Source: Octopus sinensis (taxonomy: Eukaryota). Taken from it: DNA of 64,000 bases. A model generated the notes under the pieces. The model was given only the letters and a program-made list of their open reading frames with translations, was not told where the DNA came from and did not search any database. Made by a program: the position numbers and the translations under genes. The stretch spans positions 59,272,001-59,336,000 of the forward strand of contig NC_043007.1 in assembly GCF_006345805.1 (NCBI RefSeq), given 5' to 3'. Of the stretch, positions 1 to 12,739 are shown in pieces. Positions within the stretch are counted from its first letter, which is position 1. The number at the start of each line of letters is the position of its first letter.

Positions 1-309
1 ATTTAAAATGTGTCAGAATTCGTATATATAAATATATTCATTGATATATTATGTAATTAAAGCAAGTGAAGAATAATTTATTCTATATGTTTATGAATAT
101 GAAAAATAAAATTATAGTCATAAGTTTTCACGAAATTTTTTTTGTATTATAGTTCAACAGAAATTACATCAATATGTGTAACATTTTCTATATAGAAAAC
201 TGTTTTAACATACACCTTTCTGAATTTTGCAGCTACAAAGAATTTTTTTTGTAGTATAGGGAAAAAGTCATATTTAACTCAGCTGGATTCAGATTTCAAA
301 GTTTTATGT

Positions 310-339
<30 letters not shown>

Positions 340-340
<1 letters not shown>

Positions 341-399
341 GGAGTGGTTGGCGTTAGGAAGGGCATCCAGCCGTAGAAACATTGTCAGATCAAACTGGG
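340..399 (+). mobile_element. SINE-like repeat fragment (GGCGTTAGGAAGGGCATCCAGC family), cut by the gap
   Basis: Same motif recurs, often as the reverse complement, at ~6690, ~10140, ~59360, ~61530, ~62920 and ~63595. Confidence 0.7.
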
Positions 400-499
400 N
401 NNNNNNNNNNNNNNNNNNNNNNNNNNNNNNNNNNNNNNNNNNNNNNNNNNNNNNNNNNNNNNNNNNNNNNNNNNNNNNNNNNNNNNNNNNNNNNNNNNN
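400..499. other. Assembly gap (100 N)
   Basis: Run of exactly 100 N, a typical placeholder of unknown size. Confidence 0.99.
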
Positions 500-950
500 A
501 CGTCAGCAACTCTTAACTTGCAACTCCTACTATATCAGTCCGAATTCAAAATGTCTCTCTCTGCCCCCTTACTGCCATCTTCCTTACTTCCTCTCGCTTG
601 TCATTTCTCACATTCACTGTCTGTCTCTCTCATCATTGTCGTTGCCTATCGCCCTCTCCACCATCTCCCTTGTCCGCTCTGCTCACACTTCTAGCTGGCT
701 GTCTCGCCAACTGACTCTTTTCCGGCCCTTTGCTGTCTGATCTAACACCAGCTCGTCGCATTTTAAAGGGGTGGCATATTTATTTTTTTTTCAACTTTCC
801 CTGACCTTGTAAGGGTCAGAGGTACTTCTATACCCTCAATATTTACTGTTGCTGTTGACAAGACAAAGGACCATTATTTTTTTCCTCACCGGTCTGACTC
901 CAACCAACGGAACTAGGTCATAGCATTTTCTCGTTTATTCACCTCTGTAA

Positions 951-952
951 CA

Positions 953-985
<33 letters not shown>

Positions 986-1188
986 TATATATATACACAC
1001 ATATATATAAATATATATATATATACACACACATATATATATACACATATATATACATACATATATACATATATATACACATATATATATACATATATAT
1101 ACACATATATATATACATATATATACATATATATATACACATATATATATACACATATATATATATATATACACATATATATATATAT
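951..1188. repeat. (TA)n/(CA)n compound microsatellite
   Basis: Directly visible; source of the spurious YIYI ORFs. Confidence 0.95.
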
Positions 1189-1431
1189 GGAGGCGCAATG
1201 GCCTAGTGGAGGCGCAATGGCCTAGTGGTTAGGGCAGCGGACTTGCTGTCGGAGGATCGCGGTTTCGATTCCCAGACCGGGCGTTGTGTGTGTTTTATTG
1301 AGCGAAAACACTAAAGCTCCACGAGGCTCCGGCAGGAGGTGGTGATCCCTGCTGTACTCTTTCACCACTCTAAAAGGCGGTGCTCCAGCATGGCCGCAGT
1401 CAAATGACTGAAACAAGTACAGAAAAAAAAA
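1189..1431 (+). mobile_element. tRNA-derived SINE with duplicated 5' head
   Basis: Box A-like TGGCCTAGTGG, box B-like GGTTTCGATTCCC, A-rich tail; a related copy lies at 12300-12569 (-). Confidence 0.85.
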
Positions 1432-1435
1432 TATA

Positions 1436-2272
1436 CTAGCAGAATTGCCCGGCGTTGCTCGGGGCTGAATTGCTTGAAAGTACTGTTAATGATTGCACTG
1501 AATTATGATGATTATTCAGGCAAATATTGATATAAGCTTACGGTGGGAGATAAGGACTTAACGATCAAACGTGTGCCATTGCATTGTTTTGGGGGAACCA
1601 AATTTCTGATGAGCATTATAGGGGCACCAACTTTAAGTTTGAGAAAGTGTGGTGGTAGTCCGGGGTGCTCAAAGGAATTGAGTACCTCTATTGGATAGTT
1701 GATGACGTCCTCTGGGTCAGGAGTTGTATCGATAGACTGATATACATAGATTTTCCAGGAATGAGTTTTAGCATTTCATCATTAATATGGTGAACAGTTT
1801 TATTCCTCGGGGCCAGTATAGCCTTTTGCCAATCCAATCCATATTCTGATAATTAGCTTGTAGATCTGGGAACACTGCATCTCTGAGATCAGAAGGCGTC
1901 TTAACAATGGTACAAATGGAATCGATGGCAATATTACCATTTTCATCCCCTGGTATTTTGCCTTCGCCAAGTGCAAGGAGGGTGTGAGGAAATGCTGCTG
2001 ATGTGATATTACGTCGCATATGAGCACGCATATTGGTGTGAAGTTTGAGAGTTACTTCCGTTTATTTTAAAAAATATGCATTAAAATGGAAAAAAATGAT
2101 GGTAAATTATTTGTAAAATCATAGACTCATCGTAGACGCGCGCTAATACCCAGAAGGGGTCGATATGAATCACGACTATAAGATACCCGGTTTTGGTTAA
2201 ACTGCATCGCAAAATGTGGGAGTAGTTAGGAATCTAATCGGAGTAGACAGACACACAACCTTTCTTTTATAT
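1436..2272 (-). mobile_element. Non-autonomous Helitron carrying a decayed PIF1-helicase fragment
   Basis: Minus strand ends in hairpin CCCGAGCAACGCCGGG followed by CTAG|T at 1436. Frameshifted translation gives [47 protein letters not shown] and CNGTRL. The 5' end is approximate. Confidence 0.85.
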
Positions 2273-2275
2273 AAA

Positions 2276-2750
2276 TATTTTCGTCCTAAAAAACTTGGTA
2301 TGGATTGAATGGTTACCTCTATGGAAATATATACACGCACATTATACATACATGTGTGTATAGATGAATATATAAATACATTTAAATATCTATATACACT
2401 TTGGGCGATCTTTCTGTTTCTTAGAGATAACTTTAGATTTTATTTCGTGCTAAAAAACTTTGTATGGAGTGAATGGTTACCTCTATGGAAATATATACAC
2501 AACGTTATACATACATGTGTGCATAGATGAATATATAAATACATTTATATATCTATAACATTTTGGGCGATCTCTGTGCTACTTAGAGATAACTTTAGAT
2601 CTTATTTTCGTCCTAAAAACTTTGTGCGGAGTGAATGGTTACGTGTATGGAAATATATACACACACATTATACATACATCTGTGTATAGATGAATATATA
2701 AATACATTTAAATATCTATATACACTTTTGGGCGATCTTTCTGCTACTTG
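2276..2750. repeat. Tandem repeat, ~163-164-bp unit, 3 copies plus the start of a 4th beyond the MITE
   Basis: Anchor TCGT(C/G)CTAAAAA at 2281, 2445, 2608 and 3200. Confidence 0.9.
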
Positions 2751-2758
2751 GATATAGG

Positions 2759-3183
2759 GGCGATGTTTCGCTTGTCGTAGCACACGTTTCCGTCGATTTC
2801 CGTAAAAAATGTAAACACTGAATCGGCCTTACATACATACATACACACACACACACATACATACACACACACACATACATACATATACACATAAACCGAG
2901 TAAAAAATTTCAGTTATCTCTCTTTCACACATTACTCTCTCTGTCTCTTCACACACTAACAGAAGCACTTCACTTACACAACATACTGTCTGTCTCCCAC
3001 ACTCCATGAAACACACACACACATGTACATCAATGCGTCCCATGCACGGTAACTTCAAAAGAACTTCCCTCGTCATACAATCGCTTTCTCTTAGTCTCTT
3101 TCGCTCTCATTACTTATGTAAAAAAATAAAAGTTTTTTACGGAAATCGACGGAAACCTGTGCTACGACAAGCGAAACATCGCC
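2759..3183. mobile_element. 425-bp MITE with ~51-bp TIRs and 8-bp TSD (Merlin-like candidate)
   Basis: TIR GGCGATGTTTCGCTTGTCGTAGCACA.GTTTCCGTCGATTTCCGTAAAAAA has 1 mismatch between ends; TSD GATATAGG at 2751-2758 and 3184-3191. Confidence 0.85.
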
Positions 3184-3659
3184 GATATAGGTCTTATATT
3201 CGTCCTAAAAAACTTTCCTGTCACACACTCACGCACACGCATGCACACACACACACACACGCACCCTCACACGCACGCACACACACACACGCACCCTCAC
3301 ACACACGCACGTTAGCTTACAATTTTATTTATATATTTGCGTGTCTATGTGTGTAAAGAGAAAGTGGCAGACTGAAAGAGTCACTCACTACAAAAGGTGA
3401 ATTACTTTCATTTTATTCTTTGCACACTGTGTGTGTGCGTGTGGTGGAACCACATTAAGAAAAGCATTGACATACACACCAGAATGTGAGTTTTCTGTAA
3501 ATTTTGCTTAATTGGAGTTTAAATTTTAAAAAGTGGACCTGGCAAACCCGATGCATTCTACTCTAAAAATGCTAAGTAAATGTAATTGAAGAAATCCTAT
3601 ATTGTAGATTCTATAACTGACAAAGGGAGGCAGATAAAATCTGCCTTTTATAATAAGAG

Positions 3660-3830
3660 ATTATATATATACACATATATATATACACATATATATATAC
3701 ACATATATATATATACATATATCTATACACATATATATATACACATATATATATACATACATATATATATATACACACACACATATATATATAAGCACAT
3801 ACATATATATATACACACACACATATATAT

Positions 3831-3867
<37 letters not shown>

Positions 3868-3870
3868 CGT
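3660..3870. repeat. (TA/CA)n microsatellite
   Basis: Directly visible. Confidence 0.95.
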
Positions 3871-4019
3871 TTAAATATTTGTTGTGCAAGACTTTTTATG
3901 TGAAGTCGTGTGTTGAAACAGATATTGTTGTATTTAGGAATGGTCATATATACACACATATACATACATACACATATATAAATATAGAAAAACAGAGATG
4001 TGAAATGGTACAAAATGTG

Positions 4020-6200
4020 TAAGACCAACTGAAAATAATCAACTTATCGAAGAAAATTTCAAGTATCACACAAGCTAAAATTGTAGCAAGAGGTTTTAAG
4101 TTTTCTCCAACCCCTTGCATATCAAACCCAAATGAAATTAAGGATATCACTGGATTTCTGCTGAAAATTACGTCTCACAGAAGCACTTCACAACCACACC
4201 AGCAAAGATGACTCATTAGTAGAAAACAAAATTGAATACCGTCCTACAAAAGGCTGAAATAAAGCACTTGATGCTTTTTGTGAACACATTACCAGTTTGC
4301 CTTTTAATACCCTACAAAAACAACGAATTAAATCAACCTTTATTTAAGTGAATGGAAGTGTGGTAGTGGTGATGGATACAGAGTACTACAAAAATTTAAT
4401 ATTCTCCATGTTGGAAAATAATATTTGCTATGAGAAGATAGTACAATACAACCTACAGAAGACACTTAAAAACTTATCCTCCTTACTCTAAATACATGGA
4501 AAGGGTCTCACCAAGCATGAAGTAGACTATTTATCCAATTTTAAATTCAGACCTAGTCTATTTTACGAATTACCTAAAATACACAAACATCTACATATTT
4601 GTAAAGCTTACAAAGTTTCTCCAAGTCTGTGTATTAATGTTCCTCCCCCTACTGACCTCAAACTGAAACCCATCATTGCTGGCCCTGCTTGTGAAGCCCA
4701 CCATGTGAGCAACTTCTACGACATCTTAATCAAACCGTTTCTAAAATATGTGAAAAGCTTCATCAGAGATGACTTAGACATGTTGAACCACCTCCCGAAG
4801 TGAAGGAACCCTGTTAGTAATCATTCAATGTGGTGAATTTGTACACCAATATCCCACACGGTTATGGTATAGAAGTGATCACCTTCTAGCTAGAAAAATA
4901 CCCAGAAGAGATCCCAGCACTCATTAATCACAAATTCAAAATCGAAGCACTCAAATTCATCCTACTGGACAACTATTTCATGTTCGATACAGTTTACTAT
5001 CGACAAAAATGTGGAATTAGAATGGGAACCCGATCTGCTCCAGTGATTTCGAACCTTCTAATGGGTTACCTAGAGCTAAAAATATATCAATCATCACTAC
5101 AAAAATATAGCACCTCATTTCATTGCTATTTAAAGGAGAACTGGAAGATGTATTTGGCCGATTGCTTTATACTTTAAAAAAACAGCATGGACAAACTCCT
5201 CGATTTCAAAATAATGCTTAACAATATTAATAGCAACATACAATTCACCATGGATCACAGCAGTAAACGACTCCCTTTTCTTGATATCCTAATCTAAATA
5301 GTCAATAACCACATCGAAACAGACATCTTCTATAAACCCACAGATTCTAAACAATACCTATTGTTCAACTCATGCCACCTCAAACACATAAAAATTAATA
5401 TACCTTATAATCTAGCGAAAAGAATCTATACCATAGTTTCAGACACATACTCATTAACGAAGACTTCTTGAACTCAGATCAATACTAATCAAAAGACATT
5501 ACCCAATATCATTAATAATTGATGGCATTAAATGAGCTATGGAAATAGATATATGAACTGAAATACCAAACCAGACTTAAAAATACTCCCATACATCTCC
5601 ACACATAACCCTGGAAACAACAAAGTCTTTAACATTATCATCCAAGATGTTCCCATCATCACAGCTGATAAAACAATGAACAAAATTTTAGGCTCATAAA
5701 ATTATCAAGAGCAAAATGCAATCCAAATCATTGAAAAAATATTAACCAGCGCAAGACTATATCCATTAACAAAAGAACCAAAAGTGAAAAAATGTGGTCG
5801 ACCTAACTGTGGTACATGCCCCCACCTTTTGGAGGGTTCAGAATTCCACTTTAAACAAGTTGAAATATTTAAGATCAAATCAAATTTCACCTGTGTCTTA
5901 AAATCTTATTCCATTACAATCTTTGGGTGTGGTCATAATTATATTGGCCAAACAGGAATATCACCCCGTGGAAGAACCACTCTCCACAGAGAAGAAATCT
6001 GCCATCCACAATACAGACAGATACAGGTTAGCGAACACATAGAAAGGTATGCTAGGAATCTTAATCCTAATTTGCTAATTTTCCCCTTCTATCAATGTTC
6101 ACAGAACACCGCAGTACAACAAAGAATGAATAAAGAGGCAACTTTCATCAATAAATATCTTCCACAACTCAATATGAACACATAACATAATACAGAACAC
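4020..6200 (+). mobile_element. Decayed Penelope-like retroelement (RT + C-terminal GIY-YIG; Neptune-like Cys linker)
   Basis: Motifs INLS..GFKFSPTP, FYELPKIHK, NLYTNIPH, YYRQKCGIRMGTRSAP, YLAD (catalytic YxDD mutated), FLDI, YKPTDS, KCGRPNCGTCPH and YIGQTG; many stops and frameshifts. Confidence 0.9.
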
Positions 6201-6572
6201 TACTAACCTTTCAATTAATACCACTAACCCCCAACCCCCATACATCCCATACACCATTCACATTACGGATCTATATCTACCCTAATTGCACCAAATCCAG
6301 AACCACTTACCTCCCTTACACATAATCGTTTTCTCAGGGACTAGTAGATCTGACACCATTCATTAATCAATGTGCATTCAAAGCAATGATTAGTAAATTC
6401 ACAAAACCAGTATGCTTTTGAATCTCTTTAACAATTCACACTAATGACTTTTATTCTTACCTCAGTTCATCTAATTGTATATATCTCTCGTTACTTTTCA
6501 TAAAAAGCCTTTACTTTTTTGATTTCCAATGTGCATTTTCTCTTATTTTACTTCCTACTTTCCCCTTATATT

Positions 6573-6757
6573 AATCATCATCATCATTTAATGTCCGCTT
6601 TCCATGCTAGCATAGGTTGGACGGTTCATCTGGGGTCTGGGAAGCCAGAAGGCTGCACCAGGCCCGGTTTGATCTGGCAATGTTTCTACGGCTGGATGCC
6701 CTTTCTAACGCCAACCACTCCATGAGTGTACTGGGTGCTTTTTACGTGCCACCGGCA
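6573..6757 (-). mobile_element. SINE-like repeat with (CAT)n/(GAT)n tail
   Basis: Near-identical to 10024-10205. Confidence 0.8.
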
Positions 6758-7080
6758 TGAATGTATATATATATATATGTATGTATATATTTATATATGC
6801 ATGTATGCATATATGTATATATGTATGTATATATATATATGTATGTATATATATATATGTATGTATATATATATATGCATGTATGTGTATATATGTATGT
6901 ATATATATATGCATGTATGTGTATATATGTATGTATATATGCATGTATGTGTATATATGTATATATATATGTATGTATTTATATATGTATGTATATATCG
7001 TTTAGCGTCCGTTTTCCATGCTAGCATGGGTTATGTATACATGTATGTATATATATATATGTATATATATTGTATGTATG

Positions 7081-7119
<39 letters not shown>

Positions 7120-7932
7120 ATATATATATATGTATGTATATATATAATATAATATATATATATGTATGTATGTATATGTATATATATATATATGTATGTA
7201 TATATATATATATATGTATGTATATGTATATATATATATATATGTATGTATATATATATATATATGTATGTATATGTATATATATATATATGTATGTATA
7301 TGTATATATATATGTATGTATATGTATATATATATATGTATGTATATGTATGTATGTATATGTATGTATATGTATGTATGTATATGTATATATATATATA
7401 TGTATGTATATGTATATATTATATATGTATGTATATGTATATATATATATATGTATGTATATGTATATATATATATGTATGTATATATGTATTATGTATA
7501 TGTATGTATGTATATGTATATATATGTATGTATATGTATATATATATATGTATGTATATGTATATATATATATATATGTATGTATATGTATATATATATG
7601 TATGTATATATATATATATATATATGTATGTATATATATATATATGTATGTATATATATATGTATGTATATATATTTATTTTTTAAATTTTATCTGGTGT
7701 TGCTACATGATTTTACTTCACGAATGCATTTTAGCAACTGCTATTTGGTGCATGAGAGAGTTCGATATATGTATGTATGTATATATATATGTTTGTGTGT
7801 ATGTATGTATGTATGTATGTGTATGTATGTATATATATGTATGTACATATATATATGTATGTACATATACGTATGTATGTATGTATATGTGTGTATGTAT
7901 ATATGTATGTACATATACGTATGTATGTATAT

Positions 7933-7966
<34 letters not shown>

Positions 7967-8485
7967 GTATGTATATATATATGTGTATGTATGTATATGT
8001 ATGTATGTATATATATATATATGTGTATGTATATATATATGTATATATATATATATATGTATATATGTTATGTATGTATGTAGTATATGTATGTAGTATA
8101 TATATATATGGTGTATGTATATATATATATATGTATTATATATATTATATATATATTATATATGTATATATATGTACGTATATATACGTATATATGTGTA
8201 TATGTATGTGTGTATATATGTATGTGTATATATGTGTATATATGTATAGAAATGTATACATATATGCGTGTATATATGTATGTATATATATATATATGTG
8301 TGTGTATATATGTATATATGTGTATATATATGCATATATGTATATATATACACATGTATATATATATATATGTATGTGTATATATATATGCATATATGTA
8401 TATATATATACACATGTATATATATATATGTATGTGTATATATATGCATTTATGTATATATATGCATGTATATATATATATGTAT
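6758..8485. repeat. ~1.7-kb (TA)n/(TATG)n compound microsatellite with two small non-repeat islands
   Basis: Directly visible; islands at ~6998-7031 (SINE piece) and ~7675-7765. Confidence 0.97.
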
Positions 8486-9750
8486 AGCTCCTACAACACT
8501 ATAACTGGGTGTTAAAACAGCTACTAAATGGCTCAAATGTGGATGTAATATATCTCGTCTTTGCAAAATCCTTTGATAAAGTCGACCACGGTATGATTTG
8601 TCACAAACTGCGTGGTCTCGGCATAGGCGGAAAACTTCGAGAGTGGCTGCACAACTTCCTAAAAGATAGAAGACAGGTAGTTGTGACCAATGGAGCCACC
8701 TCCCAGGAAGCACAAGTAATGACCGGTGTTCCACAGGACACTGGTCTTGCGGCCACTGCTGTTCATAGTGGCCCTTTCAGACATGCCCTCAGTTGCTACG
8801 ATGGCCACCCTTGCTAGCTATGCAAATGACACAAAAGTCTCCCACACAATACAAAACCCTGAAAATATTGCGCATCTGCAACAGGAGTTGGATACAATAT
8901 ACAGGTGGGCTGAGGACAACAACATGCAGTCTAATGCAGTTAAGTTCCAGGCCCTACGCTACTGGCACACAAAGGTAAACGACGTGCAGACTGGATGCAC
9001 TGGCCCAGGAAGAATTGCAATCCCTGAGTCAAAATCAGTGCGTGACCTGGGCAATGACATGAGCAATGATTCATCTTTCCAAGTGCATATTACTAATCTG
9101 GTGATAAAATGCAGACAGCTAGCTGGATGGATTCTCCGAACTTTCAGAACAAGAGAGAAGGAGACACTGATGGTCCTCTGGAAAACACTCGTCCTCAGCC
9201 GCTTGAACTACTGCTCCCAACTATGGTCACCACACAATATAAAACTAACAGCAGAACTCAAAGCAATTCAAAGAAGCTACACAAAGAAGATCGTCTCAAT
9301 GCAAAATATCAGCTACTGGGAAAGACTGAAAGTATTAAACCTCTTCTCCCTAGAACGAAGGCGGGAGAGATATGCGGTGATATACATCTGGAAAATCCTG
9401 GAGGGTCTTGTCCCAAACTTTGGCATTCAAAGTTACCCCAACCGCAGAACGGGGCGCCACTGCATGGTGTCAAAGATTCCAACATCACCATCAAAATACA
9501 GGTCCAGATACTGCAACAGCTTGGGTTTCAGAGGATCACAGCTCTTTAACATCCTCCCTGAATGCCTGAGAGACTTGCATGGTGTGGATGTGAGTTTCTT
9601 TAAAACTAAACTGGATCTCTTCTTGTCAGGGGTCCCAGATGAACCTACCTCATGACATGGGACACAGATGCGGGCAGCGGCATCGAACTCCCTTGTTGAT
9701 CAAGTGACACGTATCAGAGGTGTATTCACATATTAGTGTAGCTCATTTTT
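8486..9750 (+). mobile_element. 5'-truncated CR1/L2-clan LINE (RT C-terminal half), inactive
   Basis: VDVIYLVFAKSFDKVDH, GVPQ.T-VLRPLLF (frameshift ~8750), YANDT in place of YADD, LNYCSQLWSP, LFSLERRRER; TGA at 9653 precedes the RAAASNSL tail motif. Confidence 0.9.
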
Positions 9751-9857
9751 AAGGATTTATATATATATATGTGTGTGTATATTGTATATATATATATATA
9801 TATATATGTATGTAACTGTATATATATGTATATATATAAATATGCGTATATATAGAA

Positions 9858-9896
<39 letters not shown>

Positions 9897-10023
9897 CATA
9901 ATTACATATATGTATATATTTATGTATACATAATTACATATATGTACATAATTATATATATGTATATATATTTATATACATATATGCATATATATAAAGA
10001 TATATATATATGTATTTATATAC

Positions 10024-10205
10024 ATCATCATCATCATCGTTTAGAGTCCGTTTTCCATGCTAGCATGGGTTGGACGGTTCAACTGGGGTCTGTGAAGCCA
10101 GAAGGCTTCATCAGGCTTAGATCTGGCAGTGTTTCTATGGCTGGATGCCCTTCCTAACGCCAACCACTCCGTGAGTGTAGTGGGTGCTTGTTACGTGCCA
10201 CCCGC
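10024..10205 (-). mobile_element. SINE-like repeat with (CAT)n tail
   Basis: Near-identical to 6573-6757. Confidence 0.8.
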
Positions 10206-10330
10206 TGTATATATAAAGGTGTATGTATATATATAAAGATATATGTATATATATATACGTAAATGTATACATATCTATATGTATATATCTATATATGTTT
10301 ATATACGTATATGTATATCTATATATATAC

Positions 10331-10371
<41 letters not shown>

Positions 10372-10375
<4 letters not shown>

Positions 10376-11130
10376 CATATGTATAATAGGGTCTCTGGAA
10401 GGGATTCTTATATCTACAACATATAACTAATATGTTGTTTTAAAACATTCAAAGCAAATAACCCATTCACCTCTGAAAGTCATCCTTATACATAGCCAAG
10501 GGAAATAACCCCTTTATGTTCGTAAACTATTTCGTACAAATCAAATCGAGGATGCTTATTTCTTAGTATTTGAGTTTATTTTCGAAATTTGTCCAGTACA
10601 ACACTTAAACAAGTAAATAGTATTTTCCTAAACAATAGAACCACGTATTTCAGTTAGTGACTTATTTATGAATATACCAACACTAGCGTTGCTGAGGGTA
10701 GTATTGTGTGTGAACGCAAAAAACTTTTTCTTCATTACTTTAAATTGTTATTATCTCATATCTGTTTAATCTGTTGTTAAGTAACAATCTTCACGATTTT
10801 AGTATACATATCTTATTAGTATTTTCTTCTGCGTTCTATATACTCTGGGAACGTATTAAAGCCCTTTTCAAGGCCTCCTTATTTGAATTTTTACTATCAG
10901 GTAATTGATTTCATGTTATTACATAACTGACTTCACAATTTGGGTATTCATAACTTATTGGAATTCCTATAAACAAGATCATAAGACAGTTCGGTATTCT
11001 CAATAAATGCATAAAATCCGTTTTAATGGCTATATACTTTGTATTGTTGTTACTGGGTTAGGGAAATAATTGAGAATGGAACCAAGTGATAAACCCCGCT
11101 TTCCTGGGAATTACCGGGTATGTCAGCTAG
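10372..11130 (+). mobile_element. Probable non-autonomous Helitron
   Basis: 3' end CCTGGGAATTACCGGGTATGTCAGCTAG|T (imperfect hairpin + CTAG), similar to the terminus at 12740; the 5' end is a guess. Confidence 0.5.
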
Positions 11131-12083
11131 TATATACATAAATATATATATGAATATATATGTATATAAATATAATAATATTAGTAGGGAATATAATTCC
11201 AAAACTTACAGGGAAAAATTAAGTTTAACAATTTTAAATCAAATTTCACAATATATATGTATATAATTTAGGGAAAAAGCACTATTAAACAATTCAATAA
11301 AGATGATATTCACACCATATAGAAAACATATACTATAAAAAAAACCTTATTTTAAATCAGTAAAATACAATAAATAGTAAATAGTTGTGAAAAGACTACG
11401 CATGTTTCATGTCTATATTTTCAAATAGATAATAATAATAAAATCAGTTTGATTCAAAATTAAATTGGACTAAAATTAATTCTATTTAAAAATATAGTCA
11501 CTCATAAATAATAAAAAATAATAATAGAATAAATGTACTTATCTTAACTTACACTAATTATCAATAAATAAATAAAAAAATACATGTTTTAACTATAAAT
11601 AATCGAAAAGCATTTAACAATGTTTCTTAAAATAAAAATATAACTTGTCAAAGGATATTCGTTAACTAACTAACAATTTAAACGTAAAATGTCAAACTTA
11701 GCGTTTATAAGAAATACAAGAAATATATTACGTGAAAATATGGCGTAAATAGAATTTATAGAAGAAATAGATAGAAATATGTATTTAAGCTATTAAAATT
11801 ACAAATGTATTTTCGTTGTAAGAATAAGGAATACAAAAATTAACTTTAATATACTATTAACTAGAAAAATTGTAAAATCTAAATAATTTAAATACTAAAT
11901 ACGTGAAATACATAATAAAATAAACATAAATTAAGCTAAAATTCTATAATTTAATCTATTTTCATTAATTAATTTATTTTATAAACATCTAATTTTCAAC
12001 TTATTCTAATTATGTAATATAGACTATATAATCTCGTGCTAATTTATACACATTCTACTACTACAATTAGTTACATAAAACAG

Positions 12084-12142
12084 AATGCTACTGCCATTTA
12101 GCCGTAGGAAACAGTTTCCTAGGGCTAACTGGCAGTAGTATT
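12084..12142. other. 59-nt near-perfect hairpin in very AT-rich DNA
   Basis: AATGCTACTGCCA-TTTAGCC-GTAGGAAAC-A-GTTTCCTA-GGGCTAA-C-TGGCAGTAGTATT. Confidence 0.85.
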
Positions 12143-12299
12143 GCCTTTCATGGGATTGTTACATTAAGTAGACAACATACCACCACATTATATATAAATA
12201 TAAATATATATTCATAAATATAAATATATACATATATATAAATATATACTTATATTTATTAATATATATATATTATATATATATATATATATATATCAC

Positions 12300-12569
12300 A
12301 TGATCGGCCAGGCTATCAGATGTTGCTACACATCGCTGGTCACAATGCGCTTTGCATTGTTTTAGCCTTCAAATGTTGCCACCCCACTGGCTAAATGAGC
12401 AGGCCAACAGGAGAAAGTTGCAGCGAAAGAGTACAGCAGGGATCGCCACTACCCCTGCCGGAGCCTCATGGAACTTTAGGTATTTTTCGCTCAATAAACA
12501 TTCATAACGCCCAGTCTGAGAATCGAAATCACAAGTCTGCTGGCCTAACCACTGGGCCATTCCGCCTCC
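12300..12569 (-). mobile_element. tRNA-derived SINE (same family as 1189-1431)
   Basis: Minus strand GGAGGCGGAATGGCCCAGTGGTTAGG...TTTCGATTCTCAGAC...GAGGCTCCGGCAGG. Confidence 0.85.
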
Positions 12570-12586
12570 GGATATATATATATATA

Positions 12587-12624
<38 letters not shown>

Positions 12625-12739
12625 CATATACATTTATATATATATATATATATATAATATATATATATATACACACACATATAAATACATTTATATACAT
12701 ATACATATATATAAGTATATATAAACGCATATACATATG

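Noticed and set aside
1189-1270. Genuine tRNA gene
   Set aside because: No complete cloverleaf or Pol III T-run terminator; continues into a repeated SINE body
2276-2750. CRISPR-like array
   Set aside because: Whole units are homologous with no unique spacers; eukaryotic context
3625-3650. Hairpin AGGCAGAT-AAA-ATCTGCCT as a ribozyme or terminator
   Set aside because: No GAAA core follows; an 8-bp stem is unremarkable in repeat DNA
6726-8515. Long ORFs (up to 456 aa) of Y/I/M/C/V
   Set aside because: Translations of (TA/TATG)n microsatellite, which lacks stops; the same applies to similar ORFs at 913-1198, 3586-4028, 9942-10426 and 12369-12752
8726-9655. 309-aa ORF as a host or domesticated gene
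   Set aside because: LINE RT fragment: 5'-truncated, frameshifted, YADD mutated to YAND, premature TGA
11150-12230. Mitochondrial insertion (NUMT)
   Set aside because: AT-rich, but no recognisable mt tRNA, rRNA or protein motif; left unclassified
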